Assembly (NCBI GenBank): GCA_963734535.1 | Contig: CAVTHS010000008.1 | Coordinates: 416,001-480,000, forward strand | Reading direction: 5' to 3' | DNA: 64,000 bases | From: an uncultured Chloroflexia bacterium | GTDB lineage: Bacteria; Chloroflexota; Limnocylindria; Limnocylindrales; CSP1-4 | Part shown: positions 9,704 through 18,937 of the stretch, piece by piece | How the letters are laid out: each line of letters opens with the position of its first letter | Position numbering within the stretch: the stretch's first letter is position 1 | Position numbers and translations under genes: made by a program | Notes under the pieces: generated by a model | What the model was told of the DNA's origin: nothing | What the model saw: the letters and a program-made list of their open reading frames with translations, nothing else | Database searches by the model: none

Positions 9704-10330
9704 TCATGCGCGGATGGCCGCGAGGCGGCGCGCCGTCACGACGAAGCCGAGGACCGCAAGCCCCGCAAACAGGAGCGCGGGCACCTCGTCGCTGCCGTTC
9801 GGGGACCCGGTGCCCGCCGGGGACGTCGAGGTCGGGGGCGGCGTCGCTGCCTGCGAGGTTGCCGTCGCCGCGGGCGTCGGGGTCGCCGCGGCTGCGAGGA
9901 CGACGGCCTGCCAGCCCGGGTAGATCCCGTTGGTGTCGCCGGGCGCGGCGTCCTTGGCGAAGAAGTAGAGGGGCTTGCCGTTGTACGTGACCTGGATCGC
10001 CGCCGCGGAGCCTGTCGAGGCATCAGTCCGGGTGATCGTGCCGAGCGTGCCCGTGACAGTCGAGTCGCCGGTCGGGGTTGCGCCGGCGCCGATGGTCAGG
10101 GCGGGCCAGTTGGTCAGGCATCCGCCGGTGCAGTTGCTGACGCCGCTGCCCGCCACGTCCTTGTCGAACGTGTAGACGGTCATCTGGTTGCTCGAGGCGA
10201 CCATCAGCGTCCCGTGCGTGCCGATTACCTTGCCGGCCACGACCTGCGTGTCAGCGGCCGCGACGATGCCCGGTAGGACGAGCGCAACGATGGCCGCGGC
10301 AGCGGCGAAGCTGGCGAGCCGGTGTTTCAT
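9704..10330 (-). CDS. Secreted Yx(FWY)xxD-repeat protein (COG4315-like) with C-terminal membrane anchor
   Basis: Signal peptide MKHRLASFAAAAAIVAL; TVYTFDKD, CTGGCLTNWP, PLYFFAKD; GGAGG RBS; C-terminal TM segment and basic tail. Confidence 0.85.
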   Translation of the reverse strand: MKHRLASFAAAAAIVALVLPGIVAAADTQVVAGKVIGTHGTLMVASSNQMTVYTFDKDVAGSGVSNCTGGCLTNWPALTIGAGATPTGDSTVTGTLGTITRTDASTGSAAAIQVTYNGKPLYFFAKDAAPGDTNGIYPGWQAVVLAAAATPTPAATATSQAATPPPTSTSPAGTGSPNGSDEVPALLFAGLAVLGFVVTARRLAAIRA

Positions 10331-10414
10331 CAGTGAGGCCTCCCAGGTGACCGTGGGCTTGTGCCACGGTGTGGGGGGTACTACGCCGGCGTCGGGCCAA
10401 CGGATCTCGGGGTG

Positions 10415-10444
10415 CTCGCGCACACTCGCGCACACTCGCGCACA
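10415..10444. repeat. 10-bp tandem repeat CTCGCGCACA x3
   Basis: Read directly in the intergenic sequence. Confidence 0.75.
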
Positions 10445-10458
10445 ACAGAACGCTGCGG

Positions 10459-13400
10459 TCAGGCTCCCGGCAGGGACATCTCGACGAGCCGGCAGAGCGC
10501 GTTTGCGAGGCGCATCTGGCGCGGCGTCTGGCATTCGACGCGAACGAGGGCGGGCGACGCGACGACCGCCGCGACGCAGCGCGCGCGCGAGGTGGCCACG
10601 TTCAGCCGGTTGAGCGAGTACAGGAACTCCATGCCCCGCGGCGCATCTTCCGGTGACGAGGAGCCCATCGCATAGATCGAGAGCGGCGCCTGCTGGCCCT
10701 GGAACTTGTCGACGGTGCCGACCCGGACGCCGCCCAGGCCGGCCGCCCGGAGGGCCGCCGAGATTCGGTCCACGTGCGCGTTGTACGGCGCCACCACGAC
10801 CACGTCCTCCGGGCGGAGCGGCGCCTCCCGCCCCTCCGCGTTCGTCCAGGACGCGGAGGTCGCGGGGTCGAACAGGTCCCCGAGGAGCCGCGCAATCTCG
10901 GCGGCCTCCTCCGGGCTGTCGACGTCGTTCGCGGTGTGCTTCACGGGCAGCCAGCGGATCCCGGCCCCCCGCAGGGGCGGCACACCGGGCCTCGATGCGG
11001 GAGGCACGCCGTGCACGGTCTGCAGCTCGCGCCCGGGTTCGGGCGTCAGCTTCGATTCGTAGAAGACCTCGCTCGTGAACGCGCAGACGTCGGGATGGAG
11101 CCGCCACGTCTTCTCGATGAACAGGCCACGATCGAGGGGCATCGTGGCATGGGGCGGCTGTCCCGGGTTCCCCGCGAGCAGGTGGGCGAGGGCGCTGCGC
11201 TCCGCGCCGGGCGGATGGCTCCCCTTGAGGGGCTGGTCGAGCTGCTGGGGATCGCCCAGGAGCACGAGCGAGGTCGCGGCCGGTGACATCGCAACCGTCG
11301 TGGCCAGGTTCATCTGGCCCGCCTCGTCGACGAGGAGAACGTCGACGCTGCCTGCCATGGCGAGGTTTGACCAGAGCCAGGCCGTGCCCCCGACCACGTG
11401 CACGGCGCCCGCGGCGAGGGCCGAGGCGATGTCCCGCGCCTCGCCGAGGGGCCGCGCGGCGCCACACGTGGGCTCCTCGTCCGTGGCCGGCTTCTGGCCG
11501 ATGACGATGGGCGCACCGGCTGCGGTGGTGGCCCCGGTCTCCCGTGCCGCCTCGACCACGGCGTCGAGCATGTTGCCGATCACCTTGTGGCTGGTGGCGG
11601 CCACCCCCACGGTCCTACCCGCGGCCACGAGGGCGAGGATCATCCGTGCCCCGGTGTACGTCTTCCCGGTGCCGGGTGGGCCCTGGATCGCGAGGGTGCC
11701 CTCGCCGAGGACCAGCGCGTGGCGCACGGCCGCGTCCAGGGCGCGCTCGCCGGCAGCCTGGAGCGCCGCGCCCGGAGGGCTTCCCGGGATCCGCGGGGGA
11801 CGGCGGAGAACGAGCTCGCGTCCAGCCCGGTCGGGGCCTGCGGCCGCGATTCCCTCGTCGGCGACCCACGCGCCGATCCGGAGCAGCGAATCCTCGATCA
11901 CGACCGTGCTCACGAAGTCGTACGGGATCAGCGAGACGGGCATCCCGCGCTCCAGCTCCGCGCTCGTGCGGTGAAGCGTGACCGTTCCGACGAGATCGTC
12001 CACCTCGCGGACCGTGCCGACCGACCGCTGCGTCCGCGGGTCGTCGACCCGGCGTCCCTCCTTCACCGCGTGATCCTGGGGAGGGAACCGGAATCGCTGG
12101 AGGCGTGCGCCACGCCGGCTGACTTCGCCGAGGTCGGCGTCGAGCTCGACCATCCCGATCGGCTCACGCTCCTCGGCGAGGTCGGCGTCGGTCATGCCAC
12201 AGAGCGCGTAGTAGCGCCACCAGAAGGCCTTGTTCTCGCGGCGGTGCCAGCCCATCAGCTGCGCCAGGAGCCACGTCGAGCGCTGCTCCTCGGTCGTCGT
12301 CGGGGCCGCGAGGTCGATCTCCTCGAGGCCGCGTGTCAGCGCCGCCACCACCTCGGCGACCCTTGCCGCCCGGCCCTCAAGCTCGGGAGGCTCGACGGCT
12401 TCGGGCTGGAGGGGTGGCCGCGGGATCTCGATCCCGAGCCGCTCGCCAAGATCGCGCCGCCGGAGCTCGAGCCAGTCGCGGAGGCGCCACGTGCTCAGCA
12501 CGTCGTCGCGGTTGTAGCCCTCGATCCCACGGAGGATCTGGTCGCCGACCAGCCCTTCGGCGGTGGCGCCGCGACCGAGCCAGACCTCGAACTCGACGAT
12601 GCTGCTCCCCGCGTCCTTGAGGGCGACCTCGCGATGAAGCCCGTAGAGAGGCTCGAGGCGCTTGATGGAGTAGCTCTCGACGCTGGCCCGGATCCCCTGG
12701 CGCACGACGCGATAGAGGTCCACGAGCACGCGGCCACGCAGGAGCCGGTCCACCTCGTCCTCGCGGGTCGCATGGCGCTGGGCCAGTCGAGCCAGCGCCG
12801 TCTTCTCGTACGCCGCGTAGTGGTACACGTGCAGCGAAGGGTCCGCGTCGAGGCGCGCGATCACGAAGTCGACCATGTGCTCGAAGGCGGCCTTCTCGGC
12901 CGCCAGGGTGACGAGGCCCTCGGCGTCACGGCTCCAGAACGCATGGAATCGCGGCGCGACCGAGCCCCGGCCGTCGGGCGCCCACCGCGGGTCCACCTCG
13001 GCGGCCGTGCCCGGATCGTCGGGCGCCCACCGCGGGTCCACCTCGGCGGCCGCCGGATCGAGGATGCCGAAGAGGTAGTCGATCCCGTCGTCGAACGCGA
13101 ACGGGTCGCCTTCGAGGTCGAGGAACAGGTCGTTCGCCGATGGCTCGGGCAGCACCAGGAACCCGCGATCCGCGACGAGCGTTCGTGCTCCGGTTCCTTC
13201 GACGCCAGACCACTCGGGATCGAGCAGCTCCCAGAGGATCTCGCCGCGGTCCTCGCCCTCGACCTGGATCCGGGCCTGCTCGCGGACGCGCGCCAGCGCG
13301 GCGTCACCGCTTCCGTCGAGCCTCGGCCGAAGCGGGAGGTGGAGCGCGGCAAGGCCGCGGCGCGTGCGGACGGGGCCCGGCGGCAGCTCCGGGCCGCGCT

Positions 13401-14208
13401 CCTTGAGCCCGCGTCGCTGCCGGCCGGTGATGCCCGCGACGAGGCTCAGGTCGTCGTCGGCGCGGCGGCGGTCGCGACAGGCCGCCCACCAGCGACACAC
13501 ATCGCAATGCTGGACCGGGTCCGGGTAGGTGTTCGCCGGCGGATAGACCGGCCGGCCAACGTGCCGCTCGTCCGCTGCGGCCATGAAGTCGGCCTTCACG
13601 CGCCGGTAGTACGCCATGAAGTCGTCGACCCGGAGGACGACGGTCTCACGGGCGCTGCCGCCGAGCGCAACGTGGAGCCGCTCCGGCTGCGTCCCCTGGA
13701 CCCGGGTCAGCTGGTCGACGTACGAGCAGATCTGGACGACGGCGGAAGCCTTGACGTGGCGGGCAAGCTTCGTGTCGGCAACCTCGTAGTGCCAGGCACC
13801 GAGCGCGCTGTCCGTTTCCGCGGGCTCGTGGTCGACCCGGAGCAGGAAGTCGGCATGACCACGCCAGGTTCCGTCGAAGAACGTGGCCTGGTAGACGACG
13901 TCCGCCCCGTCGAGCATTGCCCGGCGGGTCAGCTCGGCGGCATCCGCGAGGCCTGCTCGCGTGTTCGCGACCGAGCCATCGCGCGAGATCTCGACGATCC
14001 GCCGGCCGGCCGCCGCCAGGTCAGCGAGGTAGCGCTTCTCGTGCTCGTACCCGCGTGCCTGGACAAGCTCGATCGTCGGGTCGCTCCGGATCGGCTTCGT
14101 GACCAGGCCCGCCAGCGCCGCCCGCTCGAGCTCGAAACGGTGCCCGCAGGCGAGGAAGCCCACGAGGTCGGTCGCGGAATAGACGGGCGCGCCGTCGAGG
14201 AGCTGCAT
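10459..14208 (-). CDS. TM0106-type RecB-like nuclease fused to RNase H-like and SF1 (DNA2/UPF1-like) helicase domains
   Basis: GHADFL...DTKLA, DLEGDP, YSIKRLE, YNRDDV, QGPPGTGKT, DEAGQ, GDPQQL, TVDKFQGQ, NRLNVATSRA. Confidence 0.9.
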   Translation of the reverse strand: MQLLDGAPVYSATDLVGFLACGHRFELERAALAGLVTKPIRSDPTIELVQARGYEHEKRYLADLAAAGRRIVEISRDGSVANTRAGLADAAELTRRAMLDGADVVYQATFFDGTWRGHADFLLRVDHEPAETDSALGAWHYEVADTKLARHVKASAVVQICSYVDQLTRVQGTQPERLHVALGGSARETVVLRVDDFMAYYRRVKADFMAAADERHVGRPVYPPANTYPDPVQHCDVCRWWAACRDRRRADDDLSLVAGITGRQRRGLKERGPELPPGPVRTRRGLAALHLPLRPRLDGSGDAALARVREQARIQVEGEDRGEILWELLDPEWSGVEGTGARTLVADRGFLVLPEPSANDLFLDLEGDPFAFDDGIDYLFGILDPAAAEVDPRWAPDDPGTAAEVDPRWAPDGRGSVAPRFHAFWSRDAEGLVTLAAEKAAFEHMVDFVIARLDADPSLHVYHYAAYEKTALARLAQRHATREDEVDRLLRGRVLVDLYRVVRQGIRASVESYSIKRLEPLYGLHREVALKDAGSSIVEFEVWLGRGATAEGLVGDQILRGIEGYNRDDVLSTWRLRDWLELRRRDLGERLGIEIPRPPLQPEAVEPPELEGRAARVAEVVAALTRGLEEIDLAAPTTTEEQRSTWLLAQLMGWHRRENKAFWWRYYALCGMTDADLAEEREPIGMVELDADLGEVSRRGARLQRFRFPPQDHAVKEGRRVDDPRTQRSVGTVREVDDLVGTVTLHRTSAELERGMPVSLIPYDFVSTVVIEDSLLRIGAWVADEGIAAAGPDRAGRELVLRRPPRIPGSPPGAALQAAGERALDAAVRHALVLGEGTLAIQGPPGTGKTYTGARMILALVAAGRTVGVAATSHKVIGNMLDAVVEAARETGATTAAGAPIVIGQKPATDEEPTCGAARPLGEARDIASALAAGAVHVVGGTAWLWSNLAMAGSVDVLLVDEAGQMNLATTVAMSPAATSLVLLGDPQQLDQPLKGSHPPGAERSALAHLLAGNPGQPPHATMPLDRGLFIEKTWRLHPDVCAFTSEVFYESKLTPEPGRELQTVHGVPPASRPGVPPLRGAGIRWLPVKHTANDVDSPEEAAEIARLLGDLFDPATSASWTNAEGREAPLRPEDVVVVAPYNAHVDRISAALRAAGLGGVRVGTVDKFQGQQAPLSIYAMGSSSPEDAPRGMEFLYSLNRLNVATSRARCVAAVVASPALVRVECQTPRQMRLANALCRLVEMSLPGA

Positions 14209-14337
14209 GCACGCGGCATGCTACGGGCTCTCGGTGCCAGCTTGCCTGGCGCGGGAGTTACGGCAACGGCGGTGGCGCCCCGCCGACGAGGCACGCTGCA
14301 CCGGGCAGAGCTGGTGCCAACCCAACCCCCCTCGCTC

Positions 14338-15663
14338 TCAGGAGCCTGGAGCCTGCGCGGTGGTCGCGGGGAGCCGGACCTCGAAGCGCGCCCCGCCCTC
14401 GGGGCGATTGGCGGCGGACATCGCGCCACCGTGCGCCTCCACGATCCACGCGGCGATCGACAGCCCCAGCCCGGTGCCGCCGGCCGGCGCGTTGTCGGCG
14501 CGCCAGAAGCGCTCGAAGATCCGCGGCAGGTCCTCGTCGCGGACCCCGGGTCCCTGGTCCTCGACGCTGAGCACGGCGTGCTGCCCGTCGGGGCGGACCC
14601 GCACCGAGACGGTGGTCCCGGCTGGGCTGTGCACGAGTGCGTTGTCGGCGAGGATTGTCACGAGCTGGCGAAGGCGGAGTGCGTCGCCGATCACGAGCGC
14701 GGGCCGCGGATCGACCTCGAGCTGGACCCCGCGCTGCGCCGCGACCGGCGTGAGGGGGCCGGCCGCCTCGGCGGCGACGTCTGCCAGGTCGAGCGGGACG
14801 TGCTCGAGGGCCAGGGCACCCGAATCCGTGCGGGCCAGGAGCAGGAGGTCCTCCACCAGCGCAGTGAGGTGCGAGACCTCGGCGTCGATGTCGTCGAGCG
14901 CCTCGCCGACGGTCTCCACGGGCTGCTTCCTGTTGCGCCGGAGGTCGGCGACGCTCGCGCGGATGACGGTCAGCGGCGTGCGGAGCTCGTGGCTCGCGTT
15001 CGCGGTGAACTCCCGCTGGCGCCGGAGCGCGGCGTCCCGCCGATCCATCGACGATCGCACCGGGATGAGGGCACGCCCCGCATAGACGTAGCCCGCGGCA
15101 AGGGCCAGCAGGAACGCGGCCAGGCCGCCGAATGCGAGCACGGTGAGGAGCGTCGAGAGGAGCTGCACCTCGGACGACCGCTCGCCGAGCACCTGCACGA
15201 CGTAGGCGCCGTCCGCCCGGGTGACCGACACCGAGTAGACGCGGACCGGGATCGACGAGACCTCGATCTGGCGCACGTCGACGACTCCGGCCCGGGCGGC
15301 CGCGACACCCGCCGGGTCGGGAATCCCGTCGATCGCCTGGACCTCGGCCGGCCCGACGAGCCCTCCATCGGGGCGGACGATGAGCGCGAGCGTCCCGGAC
15401 GCCTCGCCACTGAAGCCCGGCCCCAGCACGAATTGGTCCGGGATCTGCCCAGGCCGCTGGAGCAGCCGCTCGAGCCCATCCGCCCGGGTGGCCAGGAGAT
15501 CCGTTCCCCGGGCCGCCAGCGACCCCGAGACCGCGGCGTAGAGCGCCGCGCCGAGCAGGACGAGAATGAGCAGGGTGAGTCCGCCGCTCCACGCGAGAAG
15601 GCGAAGCCGCGTACGCCGGAGAAGCGCTGCGTCGCCGCCCTCGCGCGGGGCCTCAGCTGCCAC
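14338..15663 (-). CDS. Membrane sensor histidine kinase (HisKA + HATPase)
   Basis: Two TM segments; ASHELRTPL, DNA, DQGPG, FERF, GTGLGL; start at GTG after GGGGAGG. Confidence 0.92.
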   Translation of the reverse strand: MAAEAPREGGDAALLRRTRLRLLAWSGGLTLLILVLLGAALYAAVSGSLAARGTDLLATRADGLERLLQRPGQIPDQFVLGPGFSGEASGTLALIVRPDGGLVGPAEVQAIDGIPDPAGVAAARAGVVDVRQIEVSSIPVRVYSVSVTRADGAYVVQVLGERSSEVQLLSTLLTVLAFGGLAAFLLALAAGYVYAGRALIPVRSSMDRRDAALRRQREFTANASHELRTPLTVIRASVADLRRNRKQPVETVGEALDDIDAEVSHLTALVEDLLLLARTDSGALALEHVPLDLADVAAEAAGPLTPVAAQRGVQLEVDPRPALVIGDALRLRQLVTILADNALVHSPAGTTVSVRVRPDGQHAVLSVEDQGPGVRDEDLPRIFERFWRADNAPAGGTGLGLSIAAWIVEAHGGAMSAANRPEGGARFEVRLPATTAQAPGS

Positions 15664-15689
15664 GAGGATCGCCTCCCCCGCGCAGGACG

Positions 15690-16361
15690 TCAGCTGCCAC
15701 GAAGGCGATACCCCATCCCACGGACTGTCTCGATGCAGGCCGCGCCGTCCGGCCCCAGCTTCTCGCGAAGGAGATGGATGTATGCCTCGACCGTGTTCGG
15801 GGTCAGGGCGGCCCCATATGGCCACGCATAGTCGAGCAGCTGATCGCGGCTCAGGACCTGTCCCGGCCGGCGCAGGAGGCACTCCAGGATCGAGTACTCG
15901 CGGCCGCTGAGCTGGACTTCCTTCCCGGCCACGGTGACCCGGCGCAGGGCCTCGTCGAGCATGATCGAGCCCGCCGTGAGGCGCATCGTCGAGCGTGGCG
16001 GCGGTCGCCGGCCCAGCGCGCGGAGCCGTGCCAGCAGCTCCTCATACGCGAAGGGCTTGACGAGGTAGTCGTCCGCCCCTGCGTCCAGCCCCGCGACCCG
16101 GTCCCCGACCGCGTCACGGGCCGTGAGCATCAGGATCGGCACCGCGTTTCCGGCCCGGCGGAGCTGGCGCGCGACCTCGAACCCGGACCGGTCCGGCAGT
16201 CCGACGTCGAGGATGACGGCATCGAGGCCCGGCGAAGCGCCGGCGACCTCGAGGCCTTCGTCGGCCGTCTCGGCCGTCTCCACCACGTGGCGATCCTGCG
16301 TCAGGAGCCTCCGGAGGAGCCGGACGAGCCGCGCGTCATCCTCGATGACCAGCAGGTGCAC
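15690..16361 (-). CDS. OmpR/MprA-type response regulator
   Basis: IEDD, LDVGLP, LTARD, GADDYLVKPF, ETVRGMGY. Confidence 0.95.
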   Translation of the reverse strand: MHLLVIEDDARLVRLLRRLLTQDRHVVETAETADEGLEVAGASPGLDAVILDVGLPDRSGFEVARQLRRAGNAVPILMLTARDAVGDRVAGLDAGADDYLVKPFAYEELLARLRALGRRPPPRSTMRLTAGSIMLDEALRRVTVAGKEVQLSGREYSILECLLRRPGQVLSRDQLLDYAWPYGAALTPNTVEAYIHLLREKLGPDGAACIETVRGMGYRLRGS

Positions 16362-16406
16362 GAGATCTCCTGTGCGCGTAAGGCAGGTTCGTGCCGTGGA
16401 TGCCCG

Positions 16407-17042
16407 TCAGGGCGTGATCAGCGTGACGTCACGGGCGGTGATCGTCCGCGTCGCGGCGCTTGCGCCCGGAACCGGGTTCGCGTCCGCGCCCGGGCTCGCA
16501 CCCGGGACACCCTGGCCGCCGAAGCCGCCGGCGACCTGGACCTCGACCTGGACCTGCTTCCCGGCCGTCACGTCGGCGACCGTTGCCGCCGCCTGCGCAT
16601 GGTACGTCGTGGTGCCGGCAAGGTTCACCGTGACCGTGCCGCCGTTGGCCTCCTTGAGGGTCATGGTCGTGCCGGAGATCGAGTCGACGGTGCCGGTGAC
16701 GAGGACGCCGCCGCCGAAGCCGCCGCGTGCGAAGCCCGTGCCCGGGCTCGCGCCGGCAGCGCCGGTTCCGCCAGTGCCGAATCCGCCAGTGCCGAATCCG
16801 CCATTGCCGCGCGTCGTTGCGGCCGCCGCCGGGGCGGTGATTCGGCCGACAGCGAACGTCACGCCGCCGACGGCGATGAGGAGGCCCACGGCCAATAGGA
16901 TGGTGAACGTCCGGTCTGCCTTCTTGGCGGGGGCGATCACGGGCGGCGGCGGTGTCGAAACGGTATGGCTGAACGGCGCGGCCGACGGCACCTGGGATCC
17001 GGCCTGCGGACCAGGCTCGACGGGCGCAAAGGGATCACTCAC
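16407..17042 (-). CDS. Membrane-anchored Gly-rich protein with OB-fold-like (DUF5666-like) domain
   Basis: Single TM, GGFGT repeats, VTGTVDSISGTTMTL. Confidence 0.65.
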   Translation of the reverse strand: MSDPFAPVEPGPQAGSQVPSAAPFSHTVSTPPPPVIAPAKKADRTFTILLAVGLLIAVGGVTFAVGRITAPAAAATTRGNGGFGTGGFGTGGTGAAGASPGTGFARGGFGGGVLVTGTVDSISGTTMTLKEANGGTVTVNLAGTTTYHAQAAATVADVTAGKQVQVEVQVAGGFGGQGVPGASPGADANPVPGASAATRTITARDVTLITP

Positions 17043-17054
17043 TGGGCAGTCCTT

Positions 17055-18266
17055 TCATTCATAGCGGAGGGCGACGACGGGATCGAGTCGGGCCGCCTGG
17101 CTGGCGGGCCACACGCCGAACACGATGCCCACGAGAAGGCTGAAGCCGGCGGCCGCCACGACCGTCAGCGGGCTGAAGATGAATCCCCAGCCGGCGATGA
17201 TGCCGATCACGGCGGAGATGATCAGGCCGATCAGGATCCCGAAGAGGCCGCCTGCCAGCGAGAGGGCCAGCGCCTCGATGAGGAACTGGGCCATGATGTC
17301 CCGCCCGCGCGCGCCGATTGCCTTGCGGATCCCGATCTCGCGCGTCCGCTCCCGGACCGACACCAGCATGATGTTCATGATCCCGATCCCGCCGACGATC
17401 AGCGAGATCGACGCGATCCCGGCCAGCAGCACGCTCAGCAGCGTCGTGACCGACGACACCGTGGCCAGCAGCTGGTCCTGGTTCTGGACCGTGAAGTCGT
17501 CCGCGGCCGTCCCGGTGAGACCGTGGCGGGTACGGAGCGCGGCCGTGATCTCTGCCGTGACGGTGGTCATCTGGTCCGGCGACGCGACGCTCACCCCCAC
17601 GGACCGGACGCTGGTCCCGCCCACGAGGAGCGCGTTGGCCGTGGAGACCGGGATCAGGATCTGATCGTCGGGGCTCGCGAATCCCGTGCCGCCCTTCGGC
17701 TGGAGGATCCCGACGATGCGGAACGGGAGGCCGCCGATGGCGACGTCCGTCCCGACCGAGCTCGCGCCCAGGCCCAGGTCGTCGGCCGTCGTGGAACCGA
17801 GGACCGCCACCCGGAGCCCGGCGTCGAGACTGGCCTGGGTCAGGAACGATCCCTGCCACATGGTGTAGGCCCGGACGGTCGGATAGTCGGGCGTCGTGCC
17901 GATGATCGTCGTGGTCGTGTTCTTGGCGCCGGCGATGACGAGCTTCTGGGTCGAGAGCTCGGGTGCGACGGCCTGCACGCCGGTCAGCGACCGAAGGGCG
18001 GTGGCGTCGGCGAGGGTGAGCGTGGTCGACGAGCCCGCCGCCCCGCGCGTGAAGCCGCTGACCGAGGAGCCCGCGTTGACCGTCAGGAGGTTCGTGCCGA
18101 GCCCTGCGAGCCGGTTGGTGATCCCGCTCGTGGCGCCCTGGCCGACCGCGACCAGCGCGACCACCGACGCGACGCCGATGATCACTCCGAGCATCGTCAG
18201 CGCCGTCCGCAGCTTGCCGGTCCCCAGGCGCCCCAGCGCGAGCTGGAGCAGGTCGCGCGCGCTCAT
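17055..18266 (-). CDS. MacB/FtsX-family ABC transporter permease
   Basis: LTMLGVIIGVASVVA, GGIGIMNIMLVSVRERTREIGIRKAIGA, LDPVVALRYE. Confidence 0.95.
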   Translation of the reverse strand: MSARDLLQLALGRLGTGKLRTALTMLGVIIGVASVVALVAVGQGATSGITNRLAGLGTNLLTVNAGSSVSGFTRGAAGSSTTLTLADATALRSLTGVQAVAPELSTQKLVIAGAKNTTTTIIGTTPDYPTVRAYTMWQGSFLTQASLDAGLRVAVLGSTTADDLGLGASSVGTDVAIGGLPFRIVGILQPKGGTGFASPDDQILIPVSTANALLVGGTSVRSVGVSVASPDQMTTVTAEITAALRTRHGLTGTAADDFTVQNQDQLLATVSSVTTLLSVLLAGIASISLIVGGIGIMNIMLVSVRERTREIGIRKAIGARGRDIMAQFLIEALALSLAGGLFGILIGLIISAVIGIIAGWGFIFSPLTVVAAAGFSLLVGIVFGVWPASQAARLDPVVALRYE

Positions 18267-18937
18267 GCCGCGATCCGTCCGTCGCGGATGTGGACCTGTC
18301 GGTCGGCGACGGCCGCGACCTCCGGGTCGTGGGTGATCAGGATGATGGTCCGGCCGGACGCATGGAGGTCGTGGAAGAGCGCGATGACCTCGGCCCCCGA
18401 GTGGCTGTCGAGGTTGCCGGTCGGCTCGTCGGCCAGGAGGAGCGCGGGCTCGGTGACGAGCGCGCGGGCGATCCCCACGCGCTGCTGCTGGCCACCCGAC
18501 AGCTCGGTCGGCTCGTGGTCCAGCCGGTCGCCGAGGCCCAGGCGCTCCAGCGCCGCCTGCGCGCGGGCGTGGCGCTCGCGGCGCCGAACGCCCTGGTACA
18601 TGAGCGGCGCCGAGACGTTCTCCAGCGCAGAGGTCCGTGGCAGCAGGTTGTATGACTGGAAGACGAAGCCGATCGAGCGGCTCCGGAGGCGGGCAAGCCC
18701 GTCGTCGTCGAGCGTGTCGACCGGGGTGCCGTCGAGGATGTAGCGACCCGATGTGGGCCGGTCCAGGCACCCGAGGATGTTCATCATCGTGGACTTCCCG
18801 GAGCCCGATGGCCCGATGATCGCGACGAACTCGCCCCGGTCGATCTGGAGATCCACGGACACGAGCGCGGGCACGGCGAGACGGCCGGAGGTGTAGACAC
18901 GGGAGACGCCCTCGAGGGCGATGATCGCGTCGCTCAT
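18263..18937 (-). CDS. ABC transporter ATP-binding protein (MacB/LolD type)
   Basis: GPSGSGKST, LSGGQQQRV, LLADEPTGNLD. Confidence 0.96.
   Translation of the reverse strand: MSDAIIALEGVSRVYTSGRLAVPALVSVDLQIDRGEFVAIIGPSGSGKSTMMNILGCLDRPTSGRYILDGTPVDTLDDDGLARLRSRSIGFVFQSYNLLPRTSALENVSAPLMYQGVRRRERHARAQAALERLGLGDRLDHEPTELSGGQQQRVGIARALVTEPALLLADEPTGNLDSHSGAEVIALFHDLHASGRTIILITHDPEVAAVADRQVHIRDGRIAA

Noticed and set aside
11398-15831. 1477-aa plus-strand ORF and other long antisense ORFs
   Set aside because: Shadow frames of real genes in high-GC DNA, with no recognisable motifs
16770-16810. 15-bp DNA tandem repeat
   Set aside because: Simply encodes the GGFGT linker of the membrane protein
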